Source of the DNA: Clostridia bacterium
GTDB taxonomy: Bacteria > Bacillota > Clostridia > Christensenellales > UBA1242
DNA: 64,000 bases
Direction: 5' to 3'
Assembly: GCA_017541375.1 (NCBI GenBank)
Contig: JAFXZE010000005.1
Location: 448,153 to 512,152 of the forward strand
The position numbers and the translations under genes were made by a program. Below, piece by piece: positions 26,963 through 34,032 of this stretch. The notes below the pieces were generated by a model that saw only the letters and a program-made list of their open reading frames with translations, did not search any database and was not told where the DNA came from. The first letter of the stretch is position 1, and each line of letters starts with the position of its first letter.

Positions 26963-27299
26963 TAACCCTCTTTTTTCTTATTTCAAAATCAATTCGAACT
27001 AAAGAAAAGATAAAATAAAAATGAAAAAATGGAAAGTACAAACCAAACAATCCTTACTATTGTTCGGATTGCTTTTGCTTGGAGCACCAGTAAAAGTCAA
27101 TTAGATCTGGGGATATGAACAAAGTGAGTAGCGGTTCAAAAAGGTGCTTCTAGCACAATGTTCTAAGGGGGTATTGCTAACTCTTCAGGGGGATAACGTT
27201 ACACAAGAGAAGTGGAGGTGAATCCCTTTCTCAACCCCAGTAGATAAGCACTGCTCGTTTAATTTGACTTTTAAAAGTTGTTGTAATATAATATCCAAT

Positions 27300-27860
27300 A
27301 TGAATTTAAAACCTTGGGTAAGATATTATATACTAATTTTGTTTGTTATTACATTGACATTTTTTGTGTTATCTTTTGTAATTGATAATAATGCAATTGA
27401 AATTATAGCTGTAACTATGGTTACGCTTTTTTATCATTCGTGTATTAGGCCGATGACAGGCACTTTAATTGATATGAAATATCATAACAACATGAATTTC
27501 AATTTGTGGTGGTTTCGGGAAAGGAAATTTGAAAAACATCTATTTAAGATGCTTAAAGTGAAGCGCTGGAAAAACATTATTCCCACTTATGACAAAGTAG
27601 CGTTTGACATTAGAAATAAAAATATAGAACAAGTTTTAGGAGCAACTTGCCAAGCTGAAATTGTTCATGAGATAATGTTTATCCTTGCGTTTGTGCCACT
27701 ATTATTAATTATACCATATGGGCAAGCAGCCATTTTTATAATTTCATCAATACTTTGTGCTATCATTGATTTGATTTGTATTATAGTACAAAGATTTAAC
27801 CGTCCAAGATTGATAAAATTCTATAGCAAATACTTAAAAAACAATATCAAAAAAGATTAA
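27300..27860 (+). CDS. polytopic membrane protein resembling the glycosyl-4,4'-diaponeurosporenoate acyltransferase family
   Basis: VKRWKNIIP...QAEIVHE...IVQRFNRPRL resembles that family's conserved blocks (recalled, not searched). There is no clear RBS. A TATAAT lies just upstream of ATG 27300, so a leaderless mRNA is possible. Confidence 0.5.
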   Translation: MNLKPWVRYYILILFVITLTFFVLSFVIDNNAIEIIAVTMVTLFYHSCIRPMTGTLIDMKYHNNMNFNLWWFRERKFEKHLFKMLKVKRWKNIIPTYDKVAFDIRNKNIEQVLGATCQAEIVHEIMFILAFVPLLLIIPYGQAAIFIISSILCAIIDLICIIVQRFNRPRLIKFYSKYLKNNIKKD

Positions 27861-27891
27861 GTCCGAATGACTTAATCTTTTTTGATGGTAA

Positions 27892-28758
27892 TTATTTTTC
27901 TGTATCGATTTTGTATACTTTTTCGCCATCAAATTTGTACCCGAGGAGTTTTCCATTTGCTATCCAATTTTCAATCTTTTGTTTAATTTTATTATGTTCT
28001 TCTACACTTTCGTATTTTTTGTTGTATAAAATCATTATATCTTTTAATGATATTTCGTTATGTTTTTTTATTGTTTTTATTACAAATAATTTTGAAATTA
28101 TAAAAAATATTACAGAACTAATAATACAAGCTGCTCCAAAAATAATCATTAATATTTTTTCACTATTTTCCATGCTATAATCGTTTAATGTTCCCCAAAA
28201 ACTAACTAAGCCAACTATAATGAATACAATACTAACAATAGATAGCCCTTTTTTAGTTTTGGCTTTTTGATAAATGTCATATTCATCAGGGCTATAACCA
28301 TTTATTAATTGATACCAATCTTCTTCAATTCTTTTTAGATCGGATGTAGGACAAACCTTTTTTGCGTTATTAAAATCTTTTTCATAGTCAGAGTAGGCAT
28401 ATTTTTCGAGGAATTCAGAGCTTCTTTGGGCTAGTAGTTTGGCTTTTGCGCGTAACCACCATGCCTTGTAATTGGTAGGATCAGAATCAATACATTTAGA
28501 AAATACTTGGATAGCTTTGGCAAAATCACCTAAATTGATGAATGCTATTCCGTTTTTTATTAATTCTTCATAGTCAAGCCCATCATTTCCATAAATGTTT
28601 TTAGTTATATTCTGTGTTGTATTATTATTAATGTTATGTATTTCTGGTTTTACTACTACTTTGTTTCCACAATATAAGCATATATACGTATTATCATCCG
28701 ATTGCGTTTTTGTTAGTTCGCCACCACATTCATCGCACTTTAGTTTTTCTAGAGGCAT
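27892..28758 (-). CDS. Zn-ribbon / TPR-like / 2-TM hypothetical protein
   Basis: RBS aaggagag precedes the ATG at 28758. N-terminal CDECG...CLYCG. TPR-like segment AKAIQVFSKCIDSDPTNYKAWWLRAKA. Two TM helices and a small C-terminal domain. Confidence 0.65.
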   Translation of the reverse strand: MPLEKLKCDECGGELTKTQSDDNTYICLYCGNKVVVKPEIHNINNNTTQNITKNIYGNDGLDYEELIKNGIAFINLGDFAKAIQVFSKCIDSDPTNYKAWWLRAKAKLLAQRSSEFLEKYAYSDYEKDFNNAKKVCPTSDLKRIEEDWYQLINGYSPDEYDIYQKAKTKKGLSIVSIVFIIVGLVSFWGTLNDYSMENSEKILMIIFGAACIISSVIFFIISKLFVIKTIKKHNEISLKDIMILYNKKYESVEEHNKIKQKIENWIANGKLLGYKFDGEKVYKIDTEK

Positions 28759-28904
28759 AAATATTCTCTCCTTTTTGTTTTTCATAATTATTTTATCAAA
28801 TATAATTTTTTAAGTCAATTTTTTGTAAGTATTTTCTGTGATATATTTAAATAAATTGTTTGCCTATTGTTAGGCTTTATGATAAACTAACAATGAGGTG
28901 CATT

Positions 28905-29546
28905 ATGCAAGAAGAAAATGTGATCAGATTTTATTTGATGTGTAATAAACTAAAGACTTTGATACGAAGTGGGTGGCAAACTTGGCATGTAAAGGCTGAA
29001 AGAGTCGAGAGTGTGGCAGAGCATATTTATGGGGTGCAGATGCTAGCTATAGCTATGTGTAGTGAATTTAATTACAAAATTAACCTTGAAAAAGTGATAT
29101 TCATGTTGGCGGTACATGAGTTAGAAGAGATAGTAATAGGGGATTTGACACCCTTTGATAAGGCTTACAATGAGAAAGAAAGATTGGGGCATGAAGCAAT
29201 CAAGACTGTGTTAAAAGAGCTAAATTGTGCGCAAAAACTCGAAGATTTAATCCTAGAATTTGACGCTAGAAAAACAAAAGAGGCTCACTTTGCTTATCAA
29301 TGCGATAAATTGGAATCTGACATTCAATGTAAACTATATGACGAGAATAATTGTGTAGATCTAAGTGCTCAAGAAAATAATGAGGCAATAAAAAATGAAG
29401 ATGTCAAAAATGTGTTGACGAGTGAAAAGTCATGGTCTAAAGCATGGATTGAATATAGGCAAAGAGAAGCAAATTATGATGATAATTTTTTAAAAATTTC
29501 AAATTATATAAAAAATACTAAAATATCAAAAAATAATAAAAATTAG
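28905..29546 (+). CDS. HD-domain (YfbR-like) phosphohydrolase with HE in place of HD
   Basis: RSGW...ESVAEH...AVHELEEIVIGDLTP. RBS gaggtg precedes ATG 28905. Confidence 0.7.
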   Translation: MQEENVIRFYLMCNKLKTLIRSGWQTWHVKAERVESVAEHIYGVQMLAIAMCSEFNYKINLEKVIFMLAVHELEEIVIGDLTPFDKAYNEKERLGHEAIKTVLKELNCAQKLEDLILEFDARKTKEAHFAYQCDKLESDIQCKLYDENNCVDLSAQENNEAIKNEDVKNVLTSEKSWSKAWIEYRQREANYDDNFLKISNYIKNTKISKNNKN

Positions 29547-29626
29547 GAAAAAATATAAAATTTCCTTATTTTTTTGTTTTAAATACCTCAAAATAAGGAA
29601 AAAACTAAAAAAATTTCAGAAAAAAC

Positions 29627-29655
29627 TTGACAATTTTCAATATTAATAGTATAAG
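29627..29655 (+). promoter_or_regulatory. sigma-A promoter
   Basis: TTGACA, 17-nt spacer, TATAAG. Confidence 0.6.
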
Positions 29656-29681
29656 AGTAGTATTGAAAAGGAGAATGAAGA

Positions 29682-30557
29682 ATGGCGTTTTTTAGGAAAA
29701 AGTATGACCCTGCAATGATTAGAGAAATGTATATCGATGACATGGAGCGAAAAGCAAAGAAAGAGGCTGAGCAGAAAGCAAAACTAGAGGCAAAGAAATT
29801 AGCAGCACTTGAGGCTGAGAAACAAGTTGAAATAGAAGCAAAGAAAAAGCAAGAGAAACCGGAAACAAATACGGAAAAAGAGCAAGAACCCGCAGTAGTT
29901 GAAGAAAAAGTTGTAGATAAAACCGAAATCGTTGAAAATAATGGAGTACAACAAGAACAACTAGATGATAGCAAGACGGAACATGTTGAAGAAATTGCGA
30001 AAATTTCTGGAAACAAAGAGATAGATGAAAAAAAGTCGAGTGAAGATGTTGTTGATGAGTTTGAAGATGGCGATGATGAGTATGAATTGGAAGAAGAGGA
30101 ACATGAAGACACAATCGATGAGTTTGAAGATGAATTTGTGGATGAAGATGTAGCAGAATTTGACAATGATGACGTAAAGGAATGGCAATTTTTCCCTGAA
30201 GAAAAATCTGAGCAACAAGAAATATATGAGGAAATTAACGGCTATATTAGTAATAAATACAGTGACCAATCCATAAAAAAGGTAAAGATAACAGAGTGTG
30301 ATATACAAGAAAAAGATGATGGCAAGAAGTATGAAAAATATAGCGTAACGGTGTCTCCTGATGTGAAAGAGAATGCTGAAAATAGCGATGACTTCCACTT
30401 TATCTATGAAAAAATTACAGCAAGGAAAAAGGAAGGCAAGACTGTAAAGAAAGAAAAAACCACAGTTACGAGAAAGTTTACTGTAGTGGAAGGTGATAAA
30501 CAGATTAAAGACTTGGCAACATTCGAAGTAAAAAAGGATTATGAGTTAGAAAAATAA
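29682..30557 (+). CDS. hypothetical highly acidic protein with N-terminus MAFFRKKY
   Basis: RBS aaggag. K/E coiled coil, then a D/E-rich region, then a small C-terminal domain. Confidence 0.7.
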   Translation: MAFFRKKYDPAMIREMYIDDMERKAKKEAEQKAKLEAKKLAALEAEKQVEIEAKKKQEKPETNTEKEQEPAVVEEKVVDKTEIVENNGVQQEQLDDSKTEHVEEIAKISGNKEIDEKKSSEDVVDEFEDGDDEYELEEEEHEDTIDEFEDEFVDEDVAEFDNDDVKEWQFFPEEKSEQQEIYEEINGYISNKYSDQSIKKVKITECDIQEKDDGKKYEKYSVTVSPDVKENAENSDDFHFIYEKITARKKEGKTVKKEKTTVTRKFTVVEGDKQIKDLATFEVKKDYELEK

Positions 30558-30560
30558 TGT

Positions 30561-30590
30561 AAAAAAGTGCAATACAGTGGCACTTTTTTT
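30561..30590 (+). terminator. intrinsic terminator, repeat family aaaagtgc..gcactttt
   Basis: Stem 30563-30570 / 30580-30587 plus a T-run. A near-identical copy lies at 31621-31650. Confidence 0.8.
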
Positions 30591-30594
30591 ACTA

Positions 30595-30623
30595 TTGACA
30601 TTTTTGATGCTTTTTGATATAAT
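30595..30623 (+). promoter_or_regulatory. sigma-A promoter
   Basis: TTGACA, 17-nt spacer, TGaTATAAT. Confidence 0.7.
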
Positions 30624-30663
30624 ATCGCAGTAGATGGGGGGAAAATAGAATAGGGAGAAGAAA

Positions 30664-31578
30664 ATGTTGGAAGATTACGACCCAAACTATGTGGAGAGAA
30701 AAAAGCAGTTAATTAGGGAATTAAACGCTAATATATTAGGGTGTCACGAAATTGTGCATAAACATGACGAAAAAAATGTCAGATGGAGCAAGAATGGAGT
30801 GGACACATTGTTGGGAGTAATTAAGAGAGTAAGTAATCTTGGTTATGAAGACAGAGCAAATGTTGACGATAGTTTGAATAGCTTGTTACTTGGAATGTAC
30901 AATAGTAAAACTTTGGCAGATTATTTTGGACATGCTCCACGGGAAATTTGGTATGGAGATGTGGATGAAGGTAGTTATGAATTAATACAAAAGTTACCTA
31001 CTATTCCTCAAATCATCAAAGGAAACTGCTTGTTAGATTTTTACTATCCAAAGCGTATTGCCAATTTTGATGATAGGGGCATAAAAATTGAGGGAGATGC
31101 TTTTTATCATAGAAAAAACGGCATTTATGTAGTAAAACGAAATGATAAAACTTTTTTGTTTGATGGAAATGATAAGTTTGTAAAGTGTATAAACTATCCT
31201 GCTGGGGCGCATGAGGAAATGTTGGACTGGCGATACACAATCAAGTCAGATATGTTTAGGCGAAAATTTAACGATGCTATGAGAGAAGATGGGGAAGATG
31301 CTATAAAAGAAGCAATGTATCTTTTGACTGAGCCATATAATATGCTAGCTCTCACAAAGCCTGATTCACCAGATGATTATGATTTGTATAAAGCTGATTT
31401 TTTGATGAAGTTAAATGGTTTAGCTGATTTTAATGATATCATAAAGAATACTACAGAGCGCCTTGTTGAAGCACAAAAAGTAGTATCAAAGGTTAAGGAA
31501 AAATTTGATAATGCTGAGTGGAGTGTACCAGGATCTGAAAATGAAGTTTCTTCTTATGCTTATAAAAATAACCAATAA
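30664..31578 (+). CDS. hypothetical protein
   Basis: RBS gggagaag. 304 aa. No motif recognised. Confidence 0.7.
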   Translation: MLEDYDPNYVERKKQLIRELNANILGCHEIVHKHDEKNVRWSKNGVDTLLGVIKRVSNLGYEDRANVDDSLNSLLLGMYNSKTLADYFGHAPREIWYGDVDEGSYELIQKLPTIPQIIKGNCLLDFYYPKRIANFDDRGIKIEGDAFYHRKNGIYVVKRNDKTFLFDGNDKFVKCINYPAGAHEEMLDWRYTIKSDMFRRKFNDAMREDGEDAIKEAMYLLTEPYNMLALTKPDSPDDYDLYKADFLMKLNGLADFNDIIKNTTERLVEAQKVVSKVKEKFDNAEWSVPGSENEVSSYAYKNNQ

Positions 31579-31620
31579 AATTTTAACTCTAAATAATATT
31601 GATATACAGCAAAATGATAT

Positions 31621-31650
31621 GGAAAAGTGCAATATAGTGGCACTTTTTTT
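31621..31650 (+). terminator. intrinsic terminator, second copy of the aaaagtgc..gcactttt family
   Basis: aaaagtgcaatatagtggcacttttttt. Confidence 0.8.
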
Positions 31651-31659
31651 GTTATTTGT

Positions 31660-31688
31660 TTGACTTATTAATTGAGTTTTGTTAAAAT
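31660..31688 (+). promoter_or_regulatory. sigma-A promoter
   Basis: TTGACT, 17-nt spacer, TGtTAAAAT. Confidence 0.65.
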
Positions 31689-31715
31689 GGATAAAAAAGG
31701 AAAAAGGAGAAAAAA

Positions 31716-33005
31716 ATGGAATTTGCCAAAGGTAAAGAAGAATTTAGCATAGTAATGGGAGTTGGTGAAAAAGGGGTTGAAGTTCATACATTTACTCTAA
31801 ATGGGAATGTATATGACAAGAAAGTAGATTTTTATCCAAATACGGAACAAAGAAAATTTTTACTTGGTCAGGAAGTGAAGTGGGGAGATGTTATGTTACC
31901 CGCTGTTTCAAATAAAGGAGAACCTGGATATAGAGAAGAGTGGGGAATATCCCCTGTAGGAATGGAAAAATTATCTGATGAAGAAAGTCAAATTAAGCGC
32001 ATACGAAACATTGCCGTTGCTTTGGGATTTAATTATAATCCTCAAAAGATTTCAGAATCTATGGCTAATGATATGTTTAGGGTATTTAAGGAAAAAAGGG
32101 GATTTGCAGACTCAGATAGGCTTGCGTATGAGTGCTTTTATGAACAATTAAAAAATACTTGCATACCATATTGTGATGCTATGTTAGAGGTTGCGCGGGA
32201 GAATTGCTATGATCCTAAAAGCAAGCGCTATATCAATGCGAACCATGCTGATGTTGTAAATTACGTACATGAGGCAAGAGAGAATGTAATCAACGGACTA
32301 ATTGATAACCCTGCGTTTATTTTTATGGATCACTATAATGTTATAGCAAAAAGTAAAATTGAGGAATTTAAGAAAGCTAATAATATTGATGAGAAACAAG
32401 AGTTTCCTATTGACGAAAAAAAGAAAATCTATGCAGGTATCTGTTCTTCAGTAGTGGTTGATATGAATACAGGTTATACTGCCAAGCAAATATCTGAGTA
32501 TACTGCCGCTATGTGTGGAGTCGTAAAATCTCAGTTTGCAACACAAGAGCAGATTGATGAATATTTTTCGGGTGAAGAAAAAGGAGTAAAAGTTGTTGCA
32601 AATAACATATTTGAAGAATTGAGTGGATTACCAGAAAAAATGAATGATGCAGTAGAATATGCAAAAGATGAATATGAAGAAAATCTTAAGTATTATCGCT
32701 CTCCCGAAGCTTTTGCTTATACTATTGCTAATCTAGGTCAAAAGTCGATTGAGGTGGGACTTGAAGGTGCTGCAAACGTGCTTGAATCTATTTATTATAA
32801 GACGGATAGCATAGCAGATGGAGTAATCTCTAGTATATATGCAGCTGAAAAAGCAGGAAAAAGAGCAAAAAAATTTATCAGAAGAGCAGGGGAATCAGCT
32901 CGTGATATAGGGAAAAAAGTAGGGGATGACATTAAAAAGGGAGCTGAGACAGTTAAAGATTGGTTAGCTCCAAGAAGGGATGATGAAGGAAGAAATAAGT
33001 CATAG
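31716..33005 (+). CDS. hypothetical protein
   Basis: RBS aaaggag. 429 aa. Basic amphipathic C-terminus. Confidence 0.7.
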   Translation: MEFAKGKEEFSIVMGVGEKGVEVHTFTLNGNVYDKKVDFYPNTEQRKFLLGQEVKWGDVMLPAVSNKGEPGYREEWGISPVGMEKLSDEESQIKRIRNIAVALGFNYNPQKISESMANDMFRVFKEKRGFADSDRLAYECFYEQLKNTCIPYCDAMLEVARENCYDPKSKRYINANHADVVNYVHEARENVINGLIDNPAFIFMDHYNVIAKSKIEEFKKANNIDEKQEFPIDEKKKIYAGICSSVVVDMNTGYTAKQISEYTAAMCGVVKSQFATQEQIDEYFSGEEKGVKVVANNIFEELSGLPEKMNDAVEYAKDEYEENLKYYRSPEAFAYTIANLGQKSIEVGLEGAANVLESIYYKTDSIADGVISSIYAAEKAGKRAKKFIRRAGESARDIGKKVGDDIKKGAETVKDWLAPRRDDEGRNKS

Positions 33006-33144
33006 ATAGTAATATTAAAAGTGATAAAATGAGAAATAAGTACAAAATCAAAAATAACAAATAAAGTTCAAACTCTACTATGAGTAGAGTTTCTTTTTAT
33101 CAAATTTTGGTGTATTATGATATAATAAGATGAAGGAGGAAAAA

Positions 33145-33750
33145 ATGGATTTACAAAAAATTGGCGCATTTATAAAAGAACAACGCAAAGAAAAAAACTT
33201 GACTCAAGCACAACTTGGTGAAAAACTAAAAGTAAGTGAAAAAGCAATATCTAAGTGGGAGTGTGGTAATGGATTTCCTGACGCTGGATTGTTGTTGTCA
33301 CTTTGTGAAGTTTTAGGAGTATCAGCTAATGAACTTTTGTCAGGGCAAAAACTAAACAAAATAGAATATAAAGAGCAAGCTGAGAGTAATCTTGTAGATA
33401 TGCAATCAGCTTTAGAAAAAAGCACAAAGTTTGCGCTTACGCTTGAGATAGTGCTGGGATATATGACCTCAATCACATTTTTTATTTTGATTTTTGTAAG
33501 TAGTTTTGTTGAAATGGCGGATTGGTTGCGCATTGTATTGATAGTGGTTGGTCTGATTCATTTTATGATCGGTGTAGGTTTTTGTATACTTATTGAGAAA
33601 GATGCTGGTTTTTACGAATGTAAGCATTGCCATAATAAACATATACCTACCTACAGACAAGTGCTTTGGTCTATGCATGTAAATAGAACAAGATATATGA
33701 AGTGTCCTAAATGTGGCAAAAAAAGCTGGCAACATAAAGTAATAAAATAG
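33145..33750 (+). CDS. XRE-family HTH regulator with a 2-TM segment and a C-terminal Zn-ribbon
   Basis: RBS aaggagg precedes ATG 33145. HTH LTQAQLGEKLKVSEKAISKWECG. TM helices. CKHCHNK...CPKCGKK. Confidence 0.8.
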   Translation: MDLQKIGAFIKEQRKEKNLTQAQLGEKLKVSEKAISKWECGNGFPDAGLLLSLCEVLGVSANELLSGQKLNKIEYKEQAESNLVDMQSALEKSTKFALTLEIVLGYMTSITFFILIFVSSFVEMADWLRIVLIVVGLIHFMIGVGFCILIEKDAGFYECKHCHNKHIPTYRQVLWSMHVNRTRYMKCPKCGKKSWQHKVIK

Positions 33751-33833
33751 AGTTGGACTCTATTTTTTTCTATATATAAGAATTAATTTTTTGGAAGAAA
33801 TATGATATAATAGTCAAGCTTTATGGAGGAATT

Positions 33834-33968
33834 ATGCCGAATAGTAAAAAATGTGATGCTGAAAAGATATTTGAGATATTAAGAGCTAGCTATCATAACG
33901 GGATAAAAGCTATTGATGCAGTAATTAACACGATAAATAAAGATTCAAATCATTTTGAAAAGGCGTAA
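33834..33968 (+). CDS. 44-aa hypothetical small protein
   Basis: Not in the ORF track. Own TGaTATAAT promoter at about 33803. RBS ggagg lies 5 nt before the ATG. Sequence MPNSKKCDAEKIFEILRASYHNGIKAIDAVINTINKDSNHFEKA. Confidence 0.45.
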   Translation: MPNSKKCDAEKIFEILRASYHNGIKAIDAVINTINKDSNHFEKA

Positions 33969-34032
33969 GTTTTGAGTCTGTAAATTCCTATCCAGGTTTT
34001 CACCTTTAAGGGGTGGAATCCTTTTTTATAAT

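Larger units (their letters stand above)
17600..28860. mobile_element. putative integrative element adjacent to tRNA-Leu; the right boundary is approximate
   Basis: There is an abrupt switch to more AT-rich sequence. The recombinase gene sits at the edge. Cargo includes Rep, an R-M system and a KAP NTPase. Confidence 0.55.

Noticed and set aside
27105-27245. Known riboswitch classes for the structured segment (cobalamin, SAM-I, yybP-ykoY manganese, THF).
   Set aside because: Only superficial word matches were found (GGTGAATCCC, CAAGAGAAGTGGAGG, GUGAGUAGCGG). The diagnostic cores are absent, for example the B12 box GCCACTG, the SAM-I GGTGCCAA element and the manganese-riboswitch UUGACAUA/GCAAGAC elements.
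29588-30398. Long minus-strand ORFs antisense to the acidic protein gene: a Ser-rich one of 192 aa, plus ones of 131 aa and 145 aa.
   Set aside because: They are mirror-image artefacts of a GAA/GAT-rich coding strand. Only the plus-strand ORF has a promoter, an RBS and a terminator.
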